DNA of 64,000 nucleotides, from contig JAPEUD010000024.1 in the NCBI GenBank assembly GCA_026026165.1, positions 124,001 through 188,000 on the forward strand, written 5' to 3'. This DNA is from Sarea resinae (Eukaryota). The notes beneath the pieces were generated by a model, which did no database searches, was not told the origin of the DNA, and worked only from the letters and a program-made list of their open reading frames with translations. A program made the position numbers and the translations under genes. How positions within the stretch are numbered: the stretch's first letter is position 1; each line of letters opens with the position of its first letter. Below are positions 37,660 through 49,286 of this stretch, piece after piece.

Positions 37660-38490
37660 CATTCATCCATCCATCCATCCATCCCTGCATCCATGCATCG
37701 ACGCACCTCTCGTGTGCTCTTTTGCAATAGCGCTAGTTTTCCACAAACTGGTGATTTCCTAGCGAATACCGTCAAACATTCTTTCTGTTCCTCGTGGAAG
37801 CAAGCTGGCATCTGGGCCCGTTATCTCCGGTGCGCCAAAACGTTTCGGGATTGAGCCCCATGTTATTGTGATTTTTGATTTCCATCGAGGGTCTCTCAGG
37901 AGGGTGAGTGAGTGAGTGAGTGAGTGAGTGAGCGAGCGAGCCAATCTCTGATTTTGAATATTTGAATGTTTGACTATTTGAAGGAACTAAGCTGGTTGGT
38001 GCGGTGCGGTGCGGTATAATTAACTAGATAGAAAAAAGAACCAAAACAAGAAACACCATGGACCACAGATGAGTATTCAGGAAACAAAGACCAAAAAACC
38101 TAATAAGCCCAATAAGCCTAGCCCAGATCGTGCCCTGCCCAGCCCAGATCGTGCCCATGGCCAATGTCCAATGTCCAATTTCCATGCTTCTCTCTCTCTC
38201 TCTCTCTAACGGTCTTTTTTGTCCTCTTTTTTTTCTCCTTCTCCTTCTTATCGTTATGACGTGATGACGTGATGACGTGATGATAGCCCCAAAAAAGAAA
38301 TATGGTTTCCAACCCCGAGCGCTGGAAAAGAAATAGGTGGGGATGGAAAAGGTGGATGGGTGAGTGGATGGTTAGAGAAGATGGATGGGTGGATGGTTGG
38401 ACGGGTAGGTGGTTGTTGGATAGGCGTTTGGATAGGCGATTGGATAGGTGGTCAGATAGAAGGTCGGATAGGAGGTCGGATGGCTAGACC
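37660..38490. repeat. Simple-repeat-rich convergent spacer: (CATC)n, (GTGA)n, (GCGGT)n, (CT)n, (TGACGTGA)n, (GGAT)n-like
   Basis: Seen directly between the DOP1 and uricase 3' ends. Confidence 0.9.
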
Positions 38491-38647
38491 TGAGGCTCGA
38501 AGGAACGAACGGGACACACGTATACGATCTTAACGGTTTCCCCTCTCTAAGAGTCTAAGGAAAAGCCCGGGTGAATGTGGTTGGCATGGAAATCTTTTTT
38601 TATGGTGTGTGGGTGTGGATGTGGGTGGAAAAGATGGAATTTTCTTT

Positions 38648-39756
38648 TCAGAGCTTCGATTGTTGCTTACTTTGGCGCGACACCGATACCTTGATCAGGC
38701 CGTTGGGGTCGGATTGCGGCGCGTACACCTCGGCGTCTTTGCCGGTGTTCTTGAGGCCGTGGTGCCAGCTCAGGTCTGCAAGTTTTCCGGCTGGTTAGCG
38801 CAAGGGGAAACGAATGGCTTGACCCCGTCTTCTTATTTCTTCTTCGAGAAGGTGGAGAAAAGGGCCCCGGGGGGAGGGAGGGAGGGAAGAATAAGTTGAG
38901 GCATTGAAACTCACCAATCTCAAAGTAGTGCTTGTTGGGCAGCGAGTAGTCCACGACATCGACCCCAGGGGCAGCAGCGAGGATCTGCTCCGCCATCTTA
39001 TACATGGTGGCCTGCACGCTGGCGCTGTCGTCCTGGGCGAAAGTGCGGATGGTAATGTCCTTGGCGGCGAGCCAGGCGGCATCGAACTTGGGCACCGCCG
39101 CCTTGACGTCCTCGACACCGGCGAACGTCTTCCACGTCCAGCCGGCGTCGACCTCGGTGCTGAGAATGCGGTCGTAGGCGTCTTTGAGCGTGGTGTAGTC
39201 GTCGTTGATGAAGCCGTGGAAGGCGCTTCCCGTGCTCTTGAGCACCAACAAGCCCACCAACGCGGATCGAATGGAGATACCCTGACCTTCTTTGGCGACC
39301 AGCTCCACGTTGCGCGTCTCGGCGCCGTCGCGCAGGAAGGAGTGCGGGTGCGGCACGCCATCGATGGTGATGCGCGTCCACTTGTGGGTTACGACCTTGA
39401 CGTTGGCGGCATGGATGTGCGAGTACGTGGTCAGGAAATGGTTTGCCAGGATCGAGGCGAAGAGTTCCGGCGGGTGCACCGGGTTCTTCTTGGCCGTTAT
39501 GTAGATGGTGTTCTTCATCGTATCCGTGGGGACGACAACGCCATTGTCGGCTTTGGTGTAGCTGGAACGAGGACGGTGGTTAGCGGTATGCATCTGGATG
39601 GTGAAAGGGAGATGCTTACGAGGTCGCAATGTCGCCTTCCAGCAGCACAGTCACGGTCATCTCAACCACGTTGTGAGTGCCCGTCTTCTCGTCGCGGTCG
39701 ACCTTGTAGACGCGGACATTGTCCTTGCCGTATCTTGCAGCTGACACTTGAGACAT
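38648..39756 (-). CDS. uaZ: Urate oxidase (uricase) with C-terminal PTS1 -SKL; exons 39756-39620, 39561-38915, 38775-38648
   Basis: ARYGKDNVRVYKV, YTKADNGVVVPTDTMKNT, LKSTGSAF, DRILST, SASVQATMY, LPNKHYFEI|DLSWH, SDPNGLI...QQSKL*. Confidence 0.96.
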
Positions 39757-40155
39757 GGTGGCCGAGTGAGGATGGAATGGAGTGGAGTGGAGATTCTTCT
39801 TCAGGTAAAGTGTTACAAATGGAGCACGAGTCGAGGCAGATATTCAAGCAATTGACGACGTTTGGGAAGCTTGAGGCGGTGATGAGGAGAAGATGCCCTT
39901 CTCGGAGGTCATTCCGCACTCTTTATATACGCCCGATAGTGTTATCGCACCCGGCCCCAGCTCCCCTCGCCGACGCGGAGAACGGCAGCACGCGGACCTC
40001 GCAAGCACGTCGCACAGGGCCCCATCCCGTCCAATCCATGCCGGAGATTTGCAAATGTTGTCTCTCCGCATATCCACGGGCTGCCAGGCCTGCTAGACGT
40101 CTCACAGAGGGGAGGGAATCATACCACGGCGGACTGGCGGCGGAGCTTTGCACCA

Positions 40156-40169
40156 TCGGAGGTCCCCGA
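40156..40169. promoter_or_regulatory. UaY/Ppr1-type Zn2Cys6 site TCGG-N6-CCGA upstream of uricase
   Basis: TCGGAGGTCCCCGA lies 400 bp upstream of the uricase ATG. Two inverted GATA sites (39934-39947) and a TATA element (39921-39930) are nearer the gene. Confidence 0.7.
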
Positions 40170-40954
40170 AAAGCAAAGCAACAATCGACTCGGTCGGTGG
40201 GGTGGGGCGGGGCAGACATCGGGCCCGGCCATACCCCTCCATCGCCCCCTGCACGGTGCAAGTGCTCCAGGAACAGAACATCCAGCCGACGCTGGAGCCA
40301 GAGCGTGAGCATTGCCGCTCTTTACTATGGTAGTGCTGGCCACCTGCTTTGGTGTGGCTTTCTATAGGGAGACAAGAACTTTGACTGGACGTGACTCTCA
40401 TTCAACAACGACGGTACAGAATCCTCCTGGCGTGTATCAGATGATTGTCCGACACTTTTATTGCTTATCTAGACATGCTAGAGATTGATATCCTGTAGAA
40501 CTCTCTCTACCTATACAGGGACTGAAGCGATTGGGTTTCTTAGAATAACAGAAGGTACTTAGTTTCCTCACCTAAACTTGTACCCCGGACTCAAATCCAG
40601 GTCTATTGAGTTGTGGTCAAGTTAGAATCAAGTCTGGATTACGTGCTTCAATCTGTATAGTAGCCGTATAAAGCAGGTAGCTATCACTAAGCCTGCTTGA
40701 CTACTAGGTAAGCAAGCCTGATACCCAAGAGCACTTGGTGGACATTAGTAGGCAAAATGATATTGTTTACTATCACATTAATTCGCTGCATGATGGTGAC
40801 CGTCTTGAATTGTGAATATTGACCTGAGAAAATCTTATGTGCGCAATAAACCACACATTCGGTTTTGTTACTTCTGCGCAAAGGAGCGTTGCAGCGTTGA
40901 TGCCCTCAATGATCGGCCTCCTCGTTCTCCTCGCTCTCTGAAGACGATAGGCTA

Positions 40955-41700
40955 TCAAATAGGACAATCAAAGCTTCTATCCAGGGCGGGACTCTCATCA
41001 TAAGCTTGTACCATGGCTGTGGCCCCACCAAGATGCTGTGAGAAGTGTACGGTCCATTCTGGTGCTGCCTTTCTGTATCCTGGAAACCGCCTTGCCCACA
41101 ACGGTGCTGTGTTAGCCTTGGATTTCTGGAGTCGTCCAAGTTCTAGCACTATCACTCTATCCTCCTCAGGGTCTTCCATCGCTACCATCTTCGCAGTCAC
41201 CTGCGAAAGCGTCCTGCGCCTCTCCTGAAAGCAATGGTATTAGCCGGCTGATGTTCCTGTCGGACGAGCCTTGAGTATCCAACGGGCCGGCACGGGTGGT
41301 GGACGCAATTGACCATTATGAAACTTCAACAAATGGAGTATGGCGGCCCACTCCGGCCTGGGAATGAGTCGAGCTTATTTGATGGCATTGTCAAAGTCTG
41401 CCAAGAGGGAGAACTTTTCTGTCTGGGCCAGAATCTAGCGGAATTCGTTTGTGTTCGAATCCACATCAAAGAGACGCTGTGGAGTGCAACGACATTTCCG
41501 TGTCATAGGTCGCGAGATACTGCTGTATCCTTCGTCTATGCCTTTGACTGATGTTGGATACCTCACTACGGTCACATGGGTGGAGTGTTCAAGTCCAACT
41601 TTCTGTGTGTCCTTGTTCAAGTCGCTGTCGCTTCAGGGACCGTCCATGGCCAGCTTGATCAGATTATGAGATCCCACGATGGGGATGTCAATAGCACATC
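40955..41700 (-). pseudogene. Degenerate reading frame of unknown family with in-frame stops
   Basis: ORF fragments 41435-41620 and 40955-41200 share one frame. Read through, it spans ~250 codons broken by about four single stops. Confidence 0.4.
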
Positions 41701-41718
41701 TTGAACTAGCTCAATCCC

Positions 41719-42666
41719 TCAGAAAGCTATGTAGGAGTCAACAGTCAATGAGTTGAGCGCAATATCACATGCTAACTCCCCGTCGTACTGGTCTCCTCCC
41801 ATCCACGAAGCCACTTGAAACCACCAGCTGTTCTTTCCAAACCTCATTGCAGTGTTGAAATCCCATTGTTCAGGATACCAACCAGTAGATTCCCAATCAA
41901 GAAAAGCCGATAAATGACCGTCATCGCCAACCAGAATATTATGAGCCTTGAAATCGCCATGAGTGAAAGTAATTCGGTGAGAGTATTGGCGGATTTTATT
42001 CGCTTGCGCCAAAGCCTGACTGAATTCTGCAGTCGAATCGAAGCCATGTGCAGAGGCAGGGCTTAAGAGAAAATCATAGAGCTCGTCTTCGTTTGTGAAC
42101 GGGCCCATTATGTGATAAGGCACTCTTGAACTTCGTAATGAGGTGCCTATGACCGAGCAGATACTCTGGGCATGAGGCGAAGACCATGTACGCATAGAAG
42201 TGACGCATTTTTTCAGTTCGAAAAGCCACGGGTCTTCTGGTTCAACCTGCAAAGGGTCGAATGAGTTCTCAAGCGAGGTGCCAGGCATTCTCGTCATCAA
42301 GATCGAGATAAAGCGATTGACGGGCGAATTTGGGTGCTCCCCACAAGCTAAGACTTTTGGAACAGGCATGCCAGCAGCTCGCGCCATTTGCATTGCGGCA
42401 AGCTCTTCTATGCTCGTTCGATCTGTCCACTTTAAGACCAATCCAAAGGGCAATTGTATGATGTTGGCGTCGAAAGGTATGTCGAACCATGAACAGTACC
42501 AGCCTGAAAAGTCAAACAATACCTCATGGAATAGGCCCCAGGCTCTGCATTTTGTTTTGCTGGGAATGGGTGGCATTCCGGGAGTTATTTCGCATATCGT
42601 TGACTGCATCGGTCGAGGCCGTGTGAAATCTGGTCGCAAGAAACGCGGTATCCATGATCTGTGCAT
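41719..42666 (-). CDS. Aminoglycoside phosphotransferase/choline kinase-like (APH) protein, intronless
   Basis: EELAAMQMARAAGMPVPKVL, ILMTRMPG, Brenner-type FTHGDFKAHNILV, LDWESTGWYPEQWD. Confidence 0.88.
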   Translation of the reverse strand: MHRSWIPRFLRPDFTRPRPMQSTICEITPGMPPIPSKTKCRAWGLFHEVLFDFSGWYCSWFDIPFDANIIQLPFGLVLKWTDRTSIEELAAMQMARAAGMPVPKVLACGEHPNSPVNRFISILMTRMPGTSLENSFDPLQVEPEDPWLFELKKCVTSMRTWSSPHAQSICSVIGTSLRSSRVPYHIMGPFTNEDELYDFLLSPASAHGFDSTAEFSQALAQANKIRQYSHRITFTHGDFKAHNILVGDDGHLSAFLDWESTGWYPEQWDFNTAMRFGKNSWWFQVASWMGGDQYDGELACDIALNSLTVDSYIAF

Positions 42667-43399
42667 TGGTGTGAGTAGGGGAATATCACGCCTATTGTAT
42701 ATCGTGAGCCTGGCCTGAGGCGTTCTTGTGAGGAAGCGGTATGTTTACCAAGGACGACACAGCATATCGATTTTATAAAGGGGCTGGGGACGCGCCCACG
42801 TGACAAGTTGCCTTTTTGCGGCTTAAGGCTTAAGTCTTTTCCCTTTTGTAATCATATCCTTGGAATTAGAGACTAAGAATTATAAAAATATATAATAGAG
42901 AGGTCTTTTTTCGAAAACAGACACAGGGTTTGGGGGGGGCTTCCTATAGGGGATCTCTTCCGTCGCCGGGTAACTACAAAAGCCAAGTTACGTTTCGCTG
43001 AGGCAGAGTTGAAGGTGCTGAGAATCAGTTGACTTGAACTACTAGCACTCCATCTTCCTTTAACAGACTTGAGGTCTAAAAGACTTTTGTATTTTTCTCA
43101 AGTTTGACTATGCTTGGCTTCCAGGTTGTGTATATAGACGTACACAATTCATTCATCCCAAAAGCGCATAGCAATCACTGCACCACAAAGGGCCTTGACA
43201 CTGTTCCTTAAGCGCACGAGCGACGCTACTACGCGCCGTGCTTGACTCAAAGATGTATCCTCAACTATCCTAGCAGTCCAATCCGGGTCGTACTCTTCGG
43301 AGAACTGTAAAACAGTCTCAAGATACTCTTTTTTGGGAGGCACGCTCTTTCCCGGCTGGACCATAAAGTCGTGTCGTGGCGGGCTGTCGTCAGTAGAAC

Positions 43400-44227
43400 G
43401 AGGTGTGAGAATGCAATTATCTTGTCATTCAACGATCTTTATGCGATTCGTAAGGAATTTTGGCGCAATGTGTCCCTGGCCGGCGGATTGGTACTGTGCT
43501 CAACAAGCCACTTAACAACATCAATATGTCCGGCGCGCACAGCCTCACGGAATGGGGTGTCATGGCCGCTATACACATCAAGATAAATGTCTTCTAGAAT
43601 GTACTGGCATTTGACTTTGATGATCTCGGATAGCTCTAGTCCTAGATTGCAAGGGAGCTGAAGAACGCCCAGTCTATCTGCAGCTGTCCTCTCCGAACAT
43701 TCCCACCTCTTTCGAGTAGAGGCTGGATAGTAAGGATAGTAGAACTTTCAAGACCGCAGATGAGAGCGGTGTGTCATGGAGCTTCTCACTCATAGTCGGC
43801 GACACACCATTCATTACCCTCATGATCCCAGAGAACTTAGCTGCGTTGCTGTTAGAGTTGAATCCTCGATCCAAATAACAAGGATAACACACACGTACCT
43901 TAGAGCTGGAGGGTCTGCCCACGAGAGTTGTATTGATATCCCACCCCTGATGGACTGCCGCCAGTATGACCTGATGCATCTTCCGTCCTCAGCGTTTACC
44001 GCAAGATCAGCACTCAACTGTACACCATGCTTAAACAGTGAGTCGCTACGCTCTCATTTCTCTTTTCCACGGCTTCAACGACTGCCTGGTACAGTTCCAG
44101 ATTGGGGGACATCTGACTGCCATCGTTCAAGGATTGTATCAAGTTCACCGGCTGTACACGCATTTCGGAGGCGTTGTACGTCCTCATCCGGCACAGCCGG
44201 TACAAGAGGTATCAAAGGGGTCTCCAT
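43400..44227 (-). pseudogene. Disrupted ankyrin-repeat gene
   Basis: Fragments QRLRNACTAGELD, VHQGWDINT, HDTPLSSAV and DTPFREAVRAGHIDVVKWLVEHSTNPPARDT...LRIA* lie in different frames with premature stops. Confidence 0.7.
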
Positions 44228-44464
44228 CTTAATCAAAACCGAAGAGGATGATATGTGTATGCGCCAGTCGTGGGAGATTCTGGCTCTGTACATACCTCAT
44301 CTCGTAGACTGTTAAGAGGTTCTGACCAAGGTACCATGAAGTAAGATAAAGCTTTATGGCCACACGAGTACAGATAGGGCCTGGCACTAAGGATGAAGGT
44401 ACGGTAGCCTGGTGAATCATTCCACCCATATAACCCACAATAATACCCATTCATTCCAACAAAG

Positions 44465-44557
44465 GCCATGTTGGTGTAGCGGTACTGCGGGAGGGTTACT
44501 GCTGTGCTTCAAATGCAAATGGGATTAGAGCGCCTGCGTTCGAATCCCTGCAGTGGA
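44465..44557 (+). pseudogene. tRNA-like relic (Pol III A and B boxes, degenerate cloverleaf)
   Basis: A-box TGGTGTAGCGG at 44472 and B-box GTTCGAATCC at 44538. Partial acceptor pairing CCATG/CAGTGG. The T-stem CTGCG/CCCTG has two mismatches. Confidence 0.4.
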
Positions 44558-45273
44558 AGAAGGAAAAAAGCGTCAGGAGGAATCAAAGGAGAAAAGGAGC
44601 AGGACGAGGAGAGGAAGAGAGAGGAAGGGGAAATGGAAGAGGATAAATGATAAGGGCGAGGAAAAGTATGCGGCTACATTCAACCATAATGTCTTAGTAA
44701 AAGAAGGCAGCCTTGTGCTTCTAGAGATGGGCGGGGTCTCTAATGAGATAAACTCAGAGATGGGTTTTCGTAGGACTGCTTCGAAGAGCAGTCTGAGCTT
44801 TTTGGCCTTTTGGCTTCTTGACTTCCAACATCTCTCGACAGTCTAGGAGGCGATCGCGAAAAAGTTCCTTGGAACCACTAACAAAGATGTCAGGAGACTC
44901 ACCCTCTGGCGGAAATCCACAGCCTGTGGGCGTATACACTAGACATATATTCAGCTCCAAATATACCATGACGATAAAGGAGATTGTAGAAGTTCGACTT
45001 TAAATCAAAGTCCGTGCTGACGTATTTGATAAGATTATTGATAAGATGGCGGATAAATTTCCGATAAGGTACGTACTCGGGAGTAGACCCCACGATTCGT
45101 AATTACAGGCCCACGGCTTTACGAGTAGATTCCATGTGCGGGAGACATCTTACCTTACATTACTCCAGACTTAGAGGCAAAGGTCTTCCATCATACCTCT
45201 GTTTGTACCTTTTCGCCCAAGCACTCTATTCCTTGGGCGCTGCTTGGCGTTGCGCAAGCTGGCATAGTCGACA

Positions 45274-46897
45274 ATGGATGCGGCAGACTCTGAGCTTGAG
45301 TCATTTCGCCGACGATGGCGAGAGGAGGTTTTGGCTCGATCGAAGGGAAAAGAATCATCTTCTGCGACTCAGGTTGCTAGTAGTCCTTCAGTAACCTCTT
45401 CGGCATCTACGTCAATCCTTAAGTCTCACGGAATCTCCAGGGGCCCTCCACCCACAGAAAACCCAATCAACGTCGATGAAACCGACGAAGTGGAGCCAAA
45501 CGCATATCATGATCTTGAAGACAAGGACGACGAAAGGAGAGTCGGCACTGGTAAAGGCAAGGAGTCCGATGAAGCTACAAGGAATAGAAATAAAGAGCCG
45601 AAGTCGGCTTTGGAGCACTATGAGAAGGCGGTCGAGAAAGAGGCGGCTGGAAGTTTAGGAGATAGTCTCAATCATTATCGAAAGGCTTATAGAGTATGCC
45701 CACGATTTCGTTGTCTACGAGAATGATTCTTTGCTGACTGAACACCTTTAGCTGGATGCCCGTGTTGACCAAACCTACAAGAACAAGTATTATCCACCAT
45801 CCTCGTTTTCTCAAAAGCCAGCAAATCCCAATCCATCCAATGCCGCCGTTACTGTACCGAATACCGCACATCATTCCCTAGATGGCCTTCAGCTTTCAAT
45901 GTCAGAATTGATCGCAGAATTTGCCGATCTTTCGATCCCCGCTGCTCCTCCACCAACTGATCAGTCTCCGGCCCCACCATGTCCGATTGCGAGTGTTCCT
46001 TCAGAAGTCCTTGTGGAGATTCTTTCCCACGCTGCTATTTTGGACGTTGCATCTTTTGTAAGGTTGGCTCAAGTGTGCAAGCGCTTTGCGTTTCTTGTTG
46101 CCCGTGAAGAAGGCATATGGAAACGAGTCTGCTGTGGAGGGGAATTTGGGTTTGGGGCCATGCTTTACGACTGGACATGCGACGTTCTCGGGGCGCCACT
46201 GCACAATGATGATGCGGGTGGAAGACTTTTGGGTGGAGGAGATGCTGGTGCTGACTCTCCAAGTGAAACCAATACTCCTCTGGACGACCACCCTATAACT
46301 TTATCCCTGCTCCATGACATCTACTCTTCTTCCTGGCTCCAGATGTTCCGCGCTAGACCTCGAATACGCTTCAATGGCTGCTATATTAGCACCGTCAATT
46401 ATGTTAGACCTGGTGCTTCCTCTCCAAATCAGGTCTCATGGAATACCCCTGTGCATATTGTCACCTATTACCGCTACCTTCGATTCTTTCGAGATGGCAC
46501 TGTTCTGAGCTTGCTTACCACTGCCGAGCCAACTGATGTTGTGCACTACTTGACGAGAGAAAATGTCAATAATCACCACAGTGGAGCTCTTCCTTCGGCT
46601 GTCGTGAAAAATACCCTGAAGGGGCGGTGGAGGCTCTCTGGACCGTTCAGCGTACAGGGTGTCGCGCTGGAAGAGACAGAAGGCGATGTCCATATCGAGA
46701 CGGAGGGTGTTGATGCAAAGTATATGTATAAAATGCATCTTTCCATGCGCAGCGCTGGCCGCGGCGCAAAGAACAACAAGCTGAACTGGAAAGGATTTTG
46801 GAGCTATAATCGCTTGACGGATGATTGGGGCGAATTTATGCTAAAGAACGATAAAGCATTCTTCTGGAGCCGGGTCAAGAGTTATGGGTTGGGCTGA
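45274..46897 (+). CDS. F-box protein of the Hrt3/Pof7/FBXO9 family; intron 45694-45751
   Basis: ELESFRRRWREEV, ALEHYEKAVEKE-GSL-YRKAYR|LD, F-box VPSEVLVEIL, RPRIRFNGCYIS, VTYYRYLRFFRDG, FFWSRVKSY. Confidence 0.9.
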
Positions 46898-47327
46898 AGG
46901 CATTTCGATCTGAGCAAATTTCGTCGATGATAGACTGGGGGATCGTGTGAATACGGTACCTACTTGAACATTTTGTTTCAGCTCGGCGTCGTCATGACCA
47001 TCAATTACCATACAATTGAAATCTATATAAGCGTAGCTTCATTAGACAATATATTCATGAAACAAATCTCCAATGAATTACGACTCCGAATGATTGGGAT
47101 ATTGAATGAGATGAAAACTTGAACGTTCCATTGCTCGTCATGGTAGCAGGGAACCCGGAGATAAAGCTCAGCTAATGCCGTATCTTGACGCGACCTTATC
47201 CGAAACATGATCGCCACAGTACCAAAGGTCTTGAATCTTCGATCTTGAAAGGCGTCTAATCACCTCAAAATCGACCTCTTATCGCCGTAAGAAAAACCTC
47301 AGAGCTGACTGCTGCAAGCTACGAGCC

Positions 47328-48752
47328 ATGCCATTAGGCATCGAGCGCATCAATGCACGCCGCCAGCAGCCCAACGAGCGCATCGTCTTCATCAAACCAC
47401 TCGAAGGCCCCGACAAAGCTTTCGCGCAAGACTTCCTCGAGCGCATTGCTGCCATCTGTGCTCCCATAATGCGGGCAAATCATCTAGCGGTCATGTCTTT
47501 GGAAGAATACGAGCCGAATCGCGAATTCGTGGGGCGGAATTTCAATGCCGGCGAAGTCATCCAGCTAGTCCTCAAAGCGCCGTTTTCGGGGCACTGGCTA
47601 CCGTTCCGACACGTGCAGATGGTCATGATGCACGAGCTTGCCCATTGTAAGCAGATGAACCATTCGGGTGCTTTCTGGAAGGTGCGAAATCAATATGCAG
47701 GAGAGCTGAGGGAGCTTTGGGGGCGGGCATATACTGGGGATGGGTTTTGGTCACGCGGAAAGACGTTGTTAAGTGGGCAATATACTACAACGAGTTTACT
47801 AGATGCGGAGATTCTACCGGAGCATATTTGTGGTGGAACATTCAGGAGCTCGAGAGGGAAGAGGAAGAGGAAGGCCGAGGTGGCGAAACCTAAACTTACG
47901 TATGCCGAGAGGCAGCAGAGGAGGATCGCCAGGAAATTTGGTACCAAGGGTATGGCATTAGGAGATGACGAGGAGTCTCGATTGAATCTCGAAGAAGGGA
48001 AGAAAGTGAAAGGGAAGCCGAGAGTTGCGAAAAGCGCTCGAGGGAGAGAACTCAGGGCCGCAGCAGCGTTACAGAGGTTTGGCCAGCAGAAGAAGGAAGA
48101 GGAAGATGATATCGTCAAGGCCGAGGTACACAGTAGCAGCGATAGCGAGGGCGAATACGAAGAGGTGGATATCAAACAAGATGCTTTCGACTTGGATGGC
48201 TCGAGGCTGCGAGATAACGAGGGTCATGGCATGGTCAGGGTATGTGAGGACGAGGACATAGGAGATGGCAATACCCGCCAGGAGATGAAAGAGTTGCAGC
48301 AAGTCGACGGGGAAACGTTTACAGCCAATCCGAAAGAAGCGCCGTCGAGATCGAGCGATAGCGAAAAGGACCTGAAATTAGATAAGGTTGCTGAAAATAC
48401 AGCGCTGTCAGCAAACTCGGGCACTGGAAAGCGAGCATCGCGATATTCTGAATCAAAGCAGCAGGACGCGGCAGCTCCAACAAACCGCCCGGTCTCCAAG
48501 CGTGCTCAAATGCACTTCTCACCGAGCGAACTCCGTCTGGCTGTTCCTTTAGCCTGTCCAGTGTGCTCTATGGTTAATGAAGCAGCCACATTAACATGTG
48601 TGGCTTGTTCCAACGTGTTAGACCTTGCAAAGGTACCAAGTCACTGGCGATGCCAGAGTTTGACTTGCAGGAGTGGGCATTATGTAAATGCGGGCGACGT
48701 GGGGTTCTGTGGGGTCTGTGGTGCAAGGAAGCTTATAAGGGATGGCAGTTGA
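47328..48752 (+). CDS. WLM-domain zinc metalloprotease (Wss1-like) with C-terminal Cys-rich zinc-finger motifs
   Basis: PIMRANHLAVMSLEEY, GRNFNAGEVIQL, HELAH, HSGAFW, ARGRELRAAAALQRF. C-terminal CPVC...CVAC and C...C...CGVC. Confidence 0.88.
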   Translation: MPLGIERINARRQQPNERIVFIKPLEGPDKAFAQDFLERIAAICAPIMRANHLAVMSLEEYEPNREFVGRNFNAGEVIQLVLKAPFSGHWLPFRHVQMVMMHELAHCKQMNHSGAFWKVRNQYAGELRELWGRAYTGDGFWSRGKTLLSGQYTTTSLLDAEILPEHICGGTFRSSRGKRKRKAEVAKPKLTYAERQQRRIARKFGTKGMALGDDEESRLNLEEGKKVKGKPRVAKSARGRELRAAAALQRFGQQKKEEEDDIVKAEVHSSSDSEGEYEEVDIKQDAFDLDGSRLRDNEGHGMVRVCEDEDIGDGNTRQEMKELQQVDGETFTANPKEAPSRSSDSEKDLKLDKVAENTALSANSGTGKRASRYSESKQQDAAAPTNRPVSKRAQMHFSPSELRLAVPLACPVCSMVNEAATLTCVACSNVLDLAKVPSHWRCQSLTCRSGHYVNAGDVGFCGVCGARKLIRDGS

Positions 48753-49286
48753 AACTGTAATGAGATTCCATGAGATAAAGGTGCATGAGCACGATTTTCT
48801 CATTTGAAGTGCTAATTCAGGCATCTGATTACTTACCTAAGAGGTCTGAGACGTAGTGAGAATTCGAAAAATCACGTCGACCGCCCCCCTTAACCAAGAC
48901 GCCATCGAAACAGTTGAGCAGAATCTGACCAATGTTCGCCGGAGATCCTAGGTACTGGCCCCTGAACCTGGGTAAGTCTAACCCGGCTGTGCACCCCACC
49001 TTCCTCATAGAAAAATATCTAGATATCTGTGCTATTTTACTTATCTCATCCAAGACAAAGTAGGCATTGTGTGGGAAAGGTCGAACAGACCATTCGGAAG
49101 GTACGACCAAGATGTATAGGATGGCCAATGTTGTTGGAATGATGATAAGCCGACGGACAACCAGCTCTCGAGACCTTTCATCACATCAATTCCTACCTGC
49201 TCTCTGACTCTGCAATAAACCCTCCTTGCTGTTCACCTTTTTTTGCAGTCTCGGGACGCGCGTCGACCTTTCGAGCACGGTCCAAA

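Noticed and set aside
38904..40367. 487-aa plus-strand ORF, and other long antisense ORFs over GUA1, ADE6, PEX7, the AKR and the mucin-like gene
   Set aside because: These are shadows of GC3-rich or low-complexity sense genes, with no recognisable motifs.
44500..44520. CTTCAAA (UCA anticodon-like loop) inside the tRNA-like relic, suggesting tRNA-Sec or an opal suppressor
   Set aside because: The flanking stem is only 4 weak pairs, the spacing does not fit tRNA-Sec 9/4 geometry, the T-stem is broken, and Dikarya are not known to use selenocysteine.
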